Shown here in pieces: positions 12,205 to 24,444 of a DNA stretch of 64,000 bases. A program made the translations under genes and the position numbers. The notes beneath the pieces are model-generated. The model saw only the letters and a program-made list of their open reading frames with translations, was not told the origin of the DNA and searched no databases. The stretch is from the NCBI GenBank assembly GCA_028534125.1, contig CM052816.1, positions 14,510,001 through 14,574,000 on the forward strand. Reading direction: 5' to 3'. The stretch is from Lama glama (taxonomy: Eukaryota). Numbering within the stretch: the stretch's first letter is position 1; every line of letters starts with the position of its first letter.

Positions 12205-12490
12205 AGAATCCTTGACTGTCAGTGTTGGAAGGGCCCTTAGAGATCAACCAGTCTGGGAGTGGCAAAGGAGTTTCAAGTCACGAGCTAATGCTGAATGATG
12301 AATAGCAGCTGCCAGGAGTGTGTCCTGAGAAGAGTGCCTTTATTGATTAGCCATGTCTGCCATGGGCGCTGGATTAGAAATGGTGGCATGTGTGTCAGAA
12401 TTTACATCCCTGATCTAGTTTCAGCCTCTTCATTCTGGAGCAACTGAGAAGCCCAGAGGGGAAGAGACTTATCCAAGGTTTACACAGTGA
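12205..12490 (-). mobile_element. MIR3 SINE interrupted by a hAT MITE
   Basis: ttggaagggcccttagagatca...[insert]...atctagtt...actgagaagcccagaggggaagagacttatccaagg. Confidence 0.7.
12254..12412. mobile_element. hAT-Charlie MITE (MER117-like; name tentative)
   Basis: TIR-like ends tgggagtggcaaa / tttacatccctg; internal gattagccatgtctgccatggg; degenerate 8-bp TSD aaccagtc/atctagtt. Confidence 0.65.
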
Positions 12491-13564
12491 ATTGGAGGCA
12501 GATCTCAGCCCTTTCTGTCTCCTAAAACCCAGGTGAAAGTTGTACATCTCCTAGACAAAGATAAGGGACCCAGGGAAACTGGGTCCTCAGTGTGGGATAA
12601 CCAGTAAGGAAACAGCCAACTTGAAGCTGTGGAGAAGCCTCTGGATGCACTGAAGACTGAACCCTGGGTGAGTGCTCAGTTCTCACTGGAGGATCAGTTG
12701 ACTGGATGTGCCAGCACCCTGGTTGTGCCTCCTCTGATGTCTGGCCTCTTCCACCTCTGTCTACCTAGGAAGGAGAAGGAGGCTCCCTGGAGCAGAGACC
12801 TTGGCTCTCTCTAGACCAAGAGTAGAGAACCCAGTCAGAGGGAGACAAGAGGAGGAGAAAATGGGCTTGGGGCAGGGATGGCACCCCAAGGAGCAAAGGC
12901 ACTGACTGTGCAACAGTGGAGAGGGTCTGGAGGAGATGGCATCTAGGAGGCAGGCACAGAAGCACCTGTGCACGTCAGTGTGTGGGCCAGAGGGGGAGGA
13001 AGAACCTCCAGGTGACAAGAGCTGCAGAGCGGGGATAATGATACCCTGACAAAGCAGTGGGGGCTTGGAGCCCAGCCCGGCCAAGGTGCTGGCACAGCTA
13101 AGCCACGACGCACCCCTTCCAGGCTGGGGGCTGTGGGCGGTGGGGAGCAGGGAGGTGGGCCGAGGTGCCCAGCACCAGCACAGCCTCAGAAGTTTGCTGT
13201 TGAACTGCTGCCTCCCTCCCTGCCTCTGCCTCCGCCTCCATTGCTTTTCTCTTCTCTTCCTGTCCCAGCCCATCTCTTCCTTTCTCTTTTCTCTCCCCCT
13301 GTCCTGCTCTGCACCATAGAATCTCCAGAGGGAGCAGAAACGGGGAAGGGAGGGGTGAGCATGGTGGTGACGCAGAAAGATCTGGAAGCTGCTTCCATGC
13401 AGGTCACATGCCCAAGGCTATGAAAAGAAGCCAGGCTGTGAGAGTGCCCAAGAGCAGAGAATCAGATCCAGACACTATACCCAGTTTTTCACAAAAGGAA
13501 ACTAAGACCTAGGGGAAGTGAAGGCCTCTCCCAAGTCAGTGTCCCACTGATTTGTGTCCCACTT

Positions 13565-14170
13565 TCCATCTCCTGCTACTGAGCTCTCTCAGATCTTCCC
13601 TAAGGAATCATCCCTTCCCTACCTCTGTCCATGTAGTTTAGAAAAGGCTGACTTAACCTGACCTTACCCAAGATCTTAGGGTAGGCGTGTGACTAGAGCC
13701 GTCCCATCTCTGCCTTCCATCCCTGGGCCATGTGATTTGGTAAAAGTTTTTTTTTTTAAGGGAAAATATCAATATTTGTATTTGGAAAATGAACATTTTT
13801 CAGATATATCAAAATTGCCTATGTAGAGCCAAAAAGAAGGCTATAAAAAGATTCGATAAAAGTTGATTAAGTAAGATCAGCACTGGATCTTTTGAGGAAT
13901 TATTGGAAAAGGAATGCTTTCTTTCTGTTGGGTTTGTTACACTGGTAGGTTTAAGCCTGGAGCTGCTTAAAACACTTGAGGAGAGGCTACCAGAGAGTAA
14001 AGCTAGCACAAAGGAAAGCAGAGCCAAGAGTTGAAGAGAGACAGATGCCAGATGACATCATCTGAGTACCTGGATCCAGCTACACCTGAAGTCTAACCTT
14101 AGACTTTTCAGTTATGTGAGCAAAAAAGCTTAAGCTGGTTTGAGTTGGATTTGCATCCAAGAGACTCTAA
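13565..14170 (+). mobile_element. MLT1 (ERVL-MaLR) solo LTR
   Basis: MLT1K/L-like blocks: aagcctggagctgct, cctggatccagctacacctgaag, gacttttcagttatgtgagc, gcttaagctggtttgagttggattt. Confidence 0.8.
13749..13849 (-). pseudogene. ~100-nt 5'-truncated poly(A) retrocopy, probably an mRNA 3' end
   Basis: Minus strand ends AATACA-N19-poly(A); flanked by a 15-bp direct repeat gatttggtaaaagtt (13734-13748) / gattcgataaaagtt (13850-13864), 13/15 identical. Confidence 0.6.
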
Positions 14171-15097
14171 GGCAGCTTCGAGAAACAGAAGGGGAGAAAG
14201 ACAAACCAGAGAGACAGAGAGAAAGACAACTTCAGGGATGAGGACCAAGTGTGATGGGAAAGCAGGGGTGTGGGGAGGAGGGGGAGAGCTGGTCCATTTG
14301 GATCACTGAACTGATATTCAACAGTGAAACAGGAATACCAGAATTTATTAGAGAGAACACACAGCCAGAGATGATTCTCCAGGTAAGTTAATCTGAAGTG
14401 GGTGAAAGCTTTTTTACTGCTACATAGACTATCTGTGTAATGACAGAGGTTCACCTGAGCCCCGAGCCTGCACAGGGTGTAGGTTGACATAGGTGGGGAG
14501 GAGGGCACAGTCAGTTGGAGTTTATCTTGGCAGTCAGCAACGGACATCCCTATTGACAGCTCTTATGATGCAAGCTTCATTCCAAGACAGATCTTTAAAG
14601 ACAAATGAAAATATTCAGCCAATCCCTGCTTATCACATGAGCTCAGCATCGCCCCACCCCCACCCCCTTCGTTATCAAATGTCCCCAGATTTCATCTGGT
14701 TTACAGGATACTAAACTTAGTGATAAACAAGAGAGACAGAAGGAGGAACCATGTCACAAGCTTGACTCATACACAGTCCAGGTTGCACAGCTCTGACACA
14801 TCACCAGATGCAGCCCAGGGAGGGTGACCGCAACTTTCCCTGCTGTCCAGGCAAGATGTGCTGAAACCCCATCAACTGTAACCTAATGAGATGACCTCCT
14901 GGAGGCCATCAACCTCGGGCCTCCTCTGTGATACTTGCAGGAGGTGCCAGGTGGGGATGGATGTGGTAGGAGGAAGCCATGCCCTGTGCTGATAAGAAAT
15001 TCCCTTCCCTTGTTCCAGGCACAGCGATGTCTACACTCTCTCCTCAAGGGTGAGAGGGAGGACACGGCCCTAAAGACAGACAAAGAGGGTGGAGGGT

Positions 15098-15129
15098 CTG
15101 GTGCCTGGTGCCTGGTGCCTGGTGCCTGG
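15098..15129. repeat. (CTGGTGC)4.5 tandem repeat
   Basis: Directly visible. Confidence 0.9.
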
Positions 15130-15369
15130 GAGATAGTTCTTTCTTTAGTCTTCTCCACCCTTCCCACTTCCCCTCACTGGAAAACAATGGATGACTTAAG
15201 AAAAAACTACATAAACAAAATACATATGTGTAGTATATATGTACATATAAAATACCATATGCATAAATATATACAACATTCAAGGTATTGTCATACCCCC
15301 CCACCTCTGCCACCCCCATTAACTCTGTTTCAGAGAATTTTCTCTGCCAGTCCAGTTAAGACCTGCCTG

Positions 15370-15620
15370 ATCCTTTCTACAGTTGCACGGTAATTGTGTT
15401 TGTTTATCCACTCCCTTATTGATAGACATTGAAGTTGAATCTGATTTTTTTTAACTGTGGCAAACAAGAACATCTAATACAGTTTGTGCAGCGGACACCT
15501 AATACACCTTGTACGCACGTATGCACGTCTGAGTGTTTCCTGAGGATTCGTTCCTAGAAGAGAGATTGCTGGTTCGAAGTGTGTATGAATTTTTCATTTC
15601 GAAGTATACAGCCAAGTTGA
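15370..15620 (-). mobile_element. old L1M LINE fragment
   Basis: tttatccactcccttattgatagacattgaagttg...ttcctagaagagagattgctggttcgaag, reverse of the L1 3' region. Confidence 0.75.
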
Positions 15621-15699
15621 AGTAGAGACCTTTTTCCTGTGAAGGAGCCCTCCCTGGGGCTAAACCAGAGATGAAATCCACCAAGGGTGGAAAAAGCAA

Positions 15700-15910
15700 G
15701 AGCTTTCAAGTCAGATGCGTTCAGGTTCAAATCCTAGCTCTGCCATTTTCTTCCTGTGTGACCCTGGGTAAGTCACTTAACCTACCTGAGCTTCTGTTTT
15801 CTCAACTGCAAAGTAGGGGAATTATAAGCAGTGACTCACAGGCTGTTGCAAGGATCAAATAGCATCCTGTCGATCAAGTGTCCAGCACAGGCCTAGCACA
15901 CAGTAGGCTC
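15700..15910 (+). mobile_element. MIR SINE (near full length)
   Basis: ggttcaaatcctagctctgcca...tgtgtgaccctgggtaagtcacttaacctacctgagc...cagcacaggcctagcacacagtagg. Confidence 0.9.
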
Positions 15911-16824
15911 TTGGCTGATGTCAGCACCCTTTCCCTGCCTGGACCACCTTCTGCATCCATTGTGGGAGGCCAGCTCTGGGGAGAGTGCGAGGAAGGTGAT
16001 TTATTAGGGAATGTCTCAGAGTCAGGACTCCACCGTGACTCCTTCTAAAGGTCATCCAGGCAATTCTTGGAGCTAGGGACGATTTCAAGTAAAGTGTAAG
16101 GATCTGCTTTGGAGAACACAGACAGCCTGGGGGCCACCCGCTGGAGGCCCTTTAGCTAAATGATCCCCTCACCCCAGCCCCTGCCCTCCAGGTTCTCATG
16201 GGAGAAAAAGAGTGGGTCTGCTGGATTTTATCACGGGGAGTGGCTGGATTGCTCTCGGCAGAGAACAACAAGAGCACGCATGCAGACGGGACTGATGCTG
16301 GGCAGCAGGGTAAATCTCTGGAGAGCCACTGCATACATGTGGGTGAAGAAAGCTGTGGGGCTGCCCTGCTGGAGACCCCGGCCTAAGAGCTGGCCTGTCT
16401 GCCTGTTCAGTGGAACGTTCTGTGAAGGGGTCTGGAGAGCTGGTGGGCGTGGCCATCCTTTGAGGGTAATGGCCAGGTTGTGCCATAGTCCCAGTCGGAT
16501 CCCTGGCAATGCTTAGAGCCCCTCAGCCACAGGTCACTGTGCTCCGCTCTCCCTAGGCACCTCCTCCAGCCTTCAGGGCTATAGTTTCCTCCTTCTGGAG
16601 ACTTCATGGGACATGAGAATCCAAGACTGGGCTGCCCTTTCTGGAAGACGATGAGCATGTGAGCCCAGAGGCTGCTGCTACGGGGACCAGGATGGTGACT
16701 CTGCTAAAAGAGGCAGAGCTGAGCGGCATGGTGGCAGCGATGGTGACGAGGGCTCCAGAGATGTAGTCATGATGAGTGATGGCTTGGTTGGGGAGGCTGC
16801 TGAGGCTGGTAAGACAGTGCTCTG

Positions 16825-16965
16825 TAACTGGAGTCTGAACACTTGGCTTTCAGCCCCAGATCCATCTATTGTAAGCTGTGTAGTCTGGGGGAAATAGCTT
16901 ACCCTTTCTGACCTCAATTTCTTCATCAGTGAAATGCAGGCACTAATATTACCAGTCCTATCTTC
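16825..16965 (+). mobile_element. MIR SINE fragment
   Basis: ctggagtctgaacacttgg...tctgacctcaatttcttcatcagtgaaatg. Confidence 0.75.
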
Positions 16966-17739
16966 CTCAGTGTCTCTGACCAGCAGGTGTCTTTATGCCA
17001 AAGGGTAAGAACGAATTCAGGTGGAGCTACTTTGCTAAAAACAGCCTGGAAGCGGAGGAGATGACTGAGCAGAGCTGGTCACATTATCCCCAGAATGATT
17101 TCTTGTGTCCCTTGGAGACTCCTGTTACTGTGACTGTATTTCCTGGCTCCCAATTCCTGGACTCCGGGGTGGCTGAGATCTCTGGCCCTCGCCTCACTTA
17201 GCATCTCACAGTGATGATCTGGCTTCCTGCCCAGGCCCCACTCACCGGTGCTGGTGCTCACCCTGCAGGCCCCTGGCTCCCTCCGCCCAGCTGGAGACAG
17301 GGCCCAGGCTTGCTGGAAGGAACTAACAGGAGGCTGGCATGGGAGCTGGATGCTGTGCCTAACAGGAGCTGATCACGTGGGCCGAGGGCTCGGCCTGAGC
17401 TGTCGCACCCAAGGGGCACTTCTCAGGAGTTCGGTGGGTTTCGGCTCTATACCTAAGCATGATTCTGGGCTGGCTAGGGGAGAGAAAAGGCAAGGTGGGG
17501 TGGGGGATTAGGTAGGGAAATGTGCCCTCCAGGTGGTCCCTTAGCCCAGAGTGAAAGTGGGTCCTAGAGCAATGGGCTTCCCTGCTGTGCCACGCCCTAG
17601 CCTGCTCTAGAGATGGGAAAGGACAAGGTATGAGACTCCACCCCAGAAAACCAACTCTTCTCACCAGTGCTTGTCAATAAATGGCAGGGGCCGGTGCTGG
17701 GCCAAGGACCTCCAGTCGGGGAGGGATGGGAAGGAAACT

Positions 17740-17925
17740 AACCTTTATTGGCTACCTAGGAGATGCCGGAAACTGTGCCTGTGTAATTTTATCCAACCTC
17801 ACAACCACCTTGAGAGGTAGGTCTATCTTTGGGGTCCCATTTAGCAGATGAGGAAACTGAGGGTCTGAGGGTTAAATCACGCTTTTAGGAAGAGGCTGAC
17901 CTGGAATCTAAACACAGGATTGCCT
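17740..17925 (-). mobile_element. MIR SINE
   Basis: aacctcacaaccaccttgagaggtagg...cccatttagcagatgaggaaactgagg. Confidence 0.85.
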
Positions 17926-19409
17926 GTCTGACTGCTAAATTGGGGCTCTGTGTTCCTCACCTACTTTCCCAGGGCTCAGGGCCCTCCCTCCTGCCTATCC
18001 ACCTCTCCCAGTTCTCCTGTCTGAGCCCCCGACCTCCTCCAGCTGCTCTGTCTCCTGGGAGCTCCTTGAATCTCTTCACTGACTCCTTCCTCACTTTGCT
18101 TCCTCTTTGGAAACCAGCCACAGGCTTTTTTCTTCCATGTGAGGGAGAGAAAAATGGTCTCCCTACCCCCAGGTCTTTCCATCCTCTCATCCATCCCAAC
18201 CTAAGCATCTCTCTCCTCCCCACCCCCTCCCTCTTTGTTTTTTTTTTTTCTTTCTGTTTATCCATCACTAGAATTCAAACCCCCTTCCCTCTTGCCTGTA
18301 GGTTCTGTGGCTATAATCAAATCATAACTTTTATTAAATTTAAGATTACTTTTTAATGGAATCAATTTCTTGTGTGGTGCTTCTCTGCCTGCCCGCGGGC
18401 TCTGCCAGCTCTGCGCTCAGCATCCCCACCCGCACAATTGTCTCTGCTGCTAGCATTTCTGGCTAAGCTGCCTGAGAAGGAGAGGCAGGTCTGCCATCCC
18501 TAAACACACATACAGAAACACACACGCAGGAACACACACACACACCCATATCCACAAGACACACCCTTCCTTCAAAGCCCAAGACACACAACCCCTAAAC
18601 TGTAGGGGCCCATGCTGAGGGGCGGGGGTAGGGGAGCCAGAGCGAGGTGGCAGGGGCAGGAGGAGGGAGCTGCAGAGAGAAAGACTGAGGGTACAAAACA
18701 AACACGAGCCCAGCAGACATTTCTCAGCCTGTTAATTTCCTCCAGTTCTGTTTTCCAGCCTCAGAAACAAGCTGGTTTCTGCCAGTCCACCCCCTTCCCC
18801 TGCCTGCATTATGCAGCTGGTGAGCCGGGAGAAGCTGCCGGGAGGAGGGGGTCCAGAAGAGCAGGAAGAGGACTCAGGTCCTTATGTGATGTAAAGAAGG
18901 ACAGGCCAGATACAGAGATGCCTCTGAAACTGTGACCCAAAGAGAAGGCCACCTAGGGGATTTGCAGGCTGGACCGGTCTAACCAGACAGGTCTGGGGCT
19001 ACTGGAGGAGAAGAGCCTGGGGTGCTGCAGGGAATATACCAGAGGTAGGAGGGGGAACAGGGACAAGAGGGGTCAGAGGGTCACCTTGACAGGCAGGGTC
19101 TGGGGAGAAGGGTTAGGGGAGTTCTCATGGCGAGCTCATGGTGAGGGCCTGTGGAGAGGGGTTTGCTGACTCAGCAGAGACTTGGCAGCCTCCTTGAGCA
19201 CTCTGGGCAGCCCTGGGCTCTGCTCCAGCTTTCCTGGGAGGCTCCCTGGACAGTCTCAGGTGATGGTGGGTAGACAGGTGGCTCCAGCCCTGAGGGTGGC
19301 CATCCCTTGGCTCTTCACGCTGTCCTCAGTACACGTGGGTTACTGAGGGTCGGGAGGGGGATCTTGTGTCCGTCCAAGCGGGAGCTGCATACCTGAGCAG
19401 GGGAGAACG

Positions 19410-19600
19410 CAGCCTTTGGCACCAGGAGGTCTGTGAATCTAGACTCTGATGCTTTCTGTGTGACCTTGAACAACTGACATAACCTCTCTGAGTCTGTTTT
19501 CTTATCTGTAAATGAGGATGCTGTGAGATGATGCACGAGGGTCATCTAGCATAAAGCCTAGCATGTGGTCAGAGCTCAAGAGGTGAACTGTTAATATTTG
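19410..19600 (+). mobile_element. MIR SINE
   Basis: ctgtgtgaccttgaacaactgacataacctctctgagtctgttttcttatctgtaaa. Confidence 0.85.
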
Positions 19601-20719
19601 TACTTTGTCTTCTAAGCACCAACTGAATGCATATGAACACACAGCTTGAAGTCCACTGAGCCGAGGTGGACTGGGACCTGAGCCAAAGGGTAGGCTGGAG
19701 GGCAGTCCCCACCACGCTGTGGCCTCATAGATGCAAATTATGCCAGGACCACAGACTATCATGTGAGTGGTGGTGCCGGGACTGGAGCCCAGGACATGGC
19801 AGGGCTCTTCTCCCTCCTGCAGGAGGGTGAGTGGCTGATAATGGGGAGCCCACAGTGCCTTGTCAGGAAGAGAAGGAGGGACTGACAAACGCCCCCGGAC
19901 ACCGAAGGCCAAGCCCTCTCCCCCAGCGCTGACTGTCAGGGACCAATGAGCGGGAAGTGGGGACTCTGTCTGGGGCAGGGATGAAGGAGAACTTCCTGTG
20001 GCTGACTCTCCCTGCAGTCAGAGCCACTTGTTGGTTCTGGAGACAGGAGAGGGCTCTGACCCTCTTAGGGGCGGCCCAACAAGAGGAGTCTGTAAAGGTT
20101 TAATTAGGCACTCTGCATGAGTGATCTTTGCTTCCCATTTCTGCCCTCCAGCCCCAGGGGGACAGAAGAGGCTGGGGGAGAATGCCCCCAGCTGGGGAGC
20201 AGAGCCAGCATGGCCATGGTCATAGTATAACTGAGATCGGCCACAGGGCCCCATCAGAGCCACATTTTGGGGCCTGGCAGTTGCCTTGGAGGGAGGGGCA
20301 GCTCGAGCCCCCTCTCCCAGGCAGGAGCTGACCTCTCACCCTCTCCCTTCCCTCTAAAAGGAGGCTGGTCCAACCTGCCCAGCATCCGCCTCTGTTTGAC
20401 CTCAGGGACAGGCATGCCTGCTGAGTCTACACCTGGACCTACAGGCCTGTAGGGTCTTGTCTGGGGCTGGATGTTTCCATGTCTGGGTCACACATGGAAA
20501 GCTTCACTGCTCCAGGGGACTTCTGAGGTCTGAATATTATTCACTCCAATTCTCACCCAGGCCTATACAAGGGGAGTCACATGGAGTAAATAAATGGGAG
20601 AGCCTGACCAAGGTCTCCAGAAACTTCCAAGGCTGCCTGCTGTGCTGGGCAGCCCTCACGGTGGATGTAGCCGTAACCACCCCTCCGCCCCATCTGTCCT
20701 GACATCACACATCCTTACA

Positions 20720-20880
20720 CAGTGTTTACCGTGAGCTGACACTTTCCATGTAGTCCCAGCAACCCTCCAAGACAGGCCCTCTTACAATCCTCATTTGCTG
20801 GATGAGGAAGCTGAGGTTAAAAAACTAACCTCAGTTATAAGTGGTGGAGCTGGAATTTGAAACCAGAATGTCTGGCTCCT
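20720..20880 (-). mobile_element. MIR SINE fragment
   Basis: gatgaggaagctgagg...gtggtggagctggaatttgaaaccag. Confidence 0.75.
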
Positions 20881-22979
20881 AATCTGGGCTCCGAACTCCT
20901 CCCCCACGCTGCCACTCCTCACCTGGAGCTTCGCCTGCACACATTTGCCCTCATTTTCCCCTCCTCCTGTTTTCTGCTTTCACCATCACTGTCGCTATCA
21001 CCACCACATTCCCAATTCGCATTTTCTCATTTCTCATTTCTCATTTCTGTCTAAGCCAGATAATCACCCCAGACCCAGGGCGGGATCTGCACCGCTGTCA
21101 CACACTCCTTTCACTTGATATTCCCTGTCATCTTTGCCAGCATCGTCCTCAACATTATCACACCCAGTACCAACATCACCTTCGCCATCTACAAATCCAT
21201 GATTGCGAATGACTGTGTCCTTATAGACCAATGCGATCTAACTCCTGCCTTGGGATGAGACAGGATGGGGGAGAGGGCTTACAGTCTCCTCCAGCCATAC
21301 ATACTCTCTCAAGTAAAGATACAAAGCCAGAATTTGGAAAGGTAGTCTCCCTCTCAGAGACTTTTCTGGAAATAAGAGGAGGGGGAGAGAGGTTGCAAGC
21401 AGCCAGAGTGCCTGTTGAGGGAAATTAATCAATGGCCAAGGAGATTGCTTGTCATCCTTCAATATCTATAGAAATAACAAGCCTCCAGGGAGGGGATCGG
21501 CGCTCCAAGGGAACGGAAGATCAGAGAATATTCTGCCCAACCCGTGCCTCTAATGAGCTACAAGAGAAAGATGAAAACACAGGCAGCTTCCACCCACTTT
21601 GGGTGTTGGCCAATACCCCATCTTCCCAGCCACAGTTGCTCTTGCAGTCCCTGGACGCCAGCAGCAAGCAACACTGCCCAGGAGTTTTAAAAATTGACTA
21701 TTCCTTTGAGTCCAAATTCCACCCACCTCCCAGCCCAAAGAGCTCGCTAGCTGGCTCTCCACGAGTGTCAGCTGCCAGGGGTGCCATCGTCCTACACAGG
21801 ATGGAGGGAAGGAAAGGCAGTGGCTTCCCGGACCAGAGCCTCCACCCAGAATTCCAGCCAAGGCCCCAGAGCTCCCAGGACCTAGAGGAGTTTTTCCCCC
21901 TGGTTGTGTTTGGAATTGGCTGGCTTTCTGGGCACCAGGCCCAGCTCAGTTTAATTTTTGTTTATTTTTATGTACAGATTCTTTTCTGTTTGGGGAAGAG
22001 CTTTGTGTAAATTATTATTATTTATATGATAAAGAATAAATCACACCAAATAAAAAAACCCACAATCTCTTTTTCTCAATAGAATTACTAAATTAGGGGC
22101 TGAAAGGAACAGCCGATATGCTGGGGTTTGGTTTCAGGAAGCCTTTGGACATGGATTCGCACAAAATCTCTTAGTAAATGGGCTCTGTTATCCCAGATTT
22201 GATGCTACCCACAGCCAGCAGAGGCATCCTGGGCCTCCCAGGAAGACTGCGATGGTTCGGGCCTAAGGGCGCTGGCTTCCTGGTCCTCCACACATCCCAC
22301 CCCTTAGGAGATGAGTCGGGCATTTTAAAGTGGTTTGCTAACTCAGAATGGAAAAGGGAAATAGAGGAGTTGGGGATTCTTGCCAGAAACATGATCAAAT
22401 GCCCTGAATTGAGGTGGGGGTAGGGTACATAGGAGTTACTTGAATAGTGGCATTATTACATCAGGGGAAAATGAGCCAATCATTTCTTTGCCTATTCATT
22501 AAATTTGCATGCTACGAATCTATTGGTTGGAATGAAATGAGTCAGGAGGCAGGGATGCAGATGGGCAGAGGACCAGCTTGGCCCAGAATGTCCCCAAGTG
22601 GCCCCCATCCCCAGCCAGGGTCGGGGAAGAGGATCAATTCACCAGAAGCACTGTCCCCCAACCGCCATGTCCACTCTTGCATAAAGTTCTGTTTGGGAAC
22701 TAGAGGAAAGCACACCTTAGGATAGAAATCCATCCTGGGGCTAACATGCCAAAGGCTGGGGGAGAGAAAAAAGTCAGCAACAGCTAGCTTTTTTTTTTTT
22801 TTTTTTTAAATCTCCTAGGATCTCAGGCTACCAGACATTAAAAAAAAAAAAAAAAGACAAATCTGGCAGCATTGCCTACCAGCTTTTGCTCAAGCTGTGT
22901 CCTCTTCCCAGAATGACTTCTCCTATTTGCCCACCCACGTCCTACCTTTGTTTCAGGCATAGCTGAGACCACCATTACG

Positions 22980-23245
22980 GTTCAGAGCAGGGGCTCTGGA
23001 CCTTCCTCTTGAGCTTGAAAATCCACTCTGCCACCTAATAGGTATTAAAAAGTGGGACAAGTTGCTTAAACCCCTGAGCCTTAGTCTCCCCATCTGTAAA
23101 TGGGATAACAATTGCATGTGCTCGCGTGAGTGCACGTGCGCGTGCGCGCGCGCACACACACACACACATACAGGCCTACAGTGAAGATCAAGTGAGAAAT
23201 CTGTGTAAAAAGGGCCTAACACGTAGTAAGTGCTCAATCAACGTG
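22980..23245 (+). mobile_element. MIR SINE containing a (CG)/(CA) microsatellite (23130-23171)
   Basis: gacaagttgcttaaacccctgagccttagtctccccatctgtaaatgggataa...cctaacacgtagtaagtgctcaat. Confidence 0.85.
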
Positions 23246-24004
23246 GTCATTATTTTAAATCATACTCCAATAAGCCATCCCAGAGCTCTCCAACTGGGAA
23301 TTGATTGTCCCTGCCCCTCTATCCTCCATCCCCAGCCCCTGTGTACTCTGGGAATACAAAGCTTCTACTTCTAAGGTTTCCACCTGAGTGGTTTTTCACA
23401 GTCTGCCCTGAATCAGTTTTACGTATGAGCGTGATGGTCCCTACCCACGCTTTGTACTATGTGGGTACTCGGTAAGTCAGTGGATGCTTGTTTAGAAAGT
23501 TGCCCAATGAGTCAAATTTCCAAGTCCTATAAACCCTGCTAAATTCTAACCCCTCTGTCCTAGGACCCACACAATGCCTGGTTCAGCCACTCCCAGAAGA
23601 ATAGGCAACAGGAGGTGGGCTGGGGCCTCAGGAGGAGGTGGGGGCGGGAAGTGATGGAACCTGGGAGGGGCTCTACTGCTTCCAGGCCGCATGGATCAAT
23701 CTCTTTCCAGCCCCTTCCGTAAGGCACTTAAAATTCCACCCTTATCTTTGATTAAACAACAGCTGACCTGAGATGTGTGCTTGTACCAGTCCTTGTCCAG
23801 CCAGAGCGAGGGATTGTTGATCAGCTGAACTAGGGCAGTGAACTGTACAGGCTGCGACTCTGGACTTAGAGGCCCCTTGAGAGGTGGTCCACGGAGGTGA
23901 GGGAGGTTTCCGTGTGACTTCGGGCACATATGCGATTGCCCATAAAAATCTATACATTTACATAAGGGTATTCGTGGATAAACACAGGTCCTTTTGTCTT
24001 GGAG

Positions 24005-24350
24005 TACATTCAGTAATTTATTCATCTGTTCACTTATTATCTATTGAAGGCCTACTATGGGCTCACACTATGTCAGATGTTATAATGCCATAGTGACAAG
24101 ACAGACAAAATTCCTGCCCATACAGAGCTTACTTCCTAGTGAGAGGATAGAGCAAGAGTAAACATGAAAAGACATAATTCAATTTCAGATTGTGAAGTGC
24201 TATAAAAAATAAGACAAGCTAAAGGGATAGAGAGTAGACAGGGCATGCAGAGGGAGCTTCTTTAGGCTGCATGTTTTGGGCAAGCTCTGAAACCTCAGAA
24301 AAATTTGGGAACAGAGCATCCCAGGCAGAGGGAACAGTGAGTACAAAAGC
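24005..24350 (-). mobile_element. L2 LINE fragment
   Basis: tatctattgaaggcctactatg...gacaaaattcctgcccatacagagcttacttcctagtg...cagagggaacagtgagtacaaaag. Confidence 0.85.
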
Positions 24351-24444
24351 TCAGAAGAACTGCTTTGGGACCAGTCATTCTAAGGATCTGTGCCTTTTTG
24401 AGGCAAATTTCAATTAGCCCTTATTGCACCATCACATCTGTGTC

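Noticed and set aside
14380..14388. Perfect splice donor CAG|GTAAGT (also at 47895-47903)
   Set aside because: A given 9-mer is expected about 0.5 times by chance in 128 kb of both strands. There is no good upstream acceptor, and the second copy lies in L2-derived sequence.
15098..15129. Short direct repeats as a CRISPR-like array
   Set aside because: Contiguous 7-mer tandem repeat with no spacers, in mammalian DNA with no cas genes.
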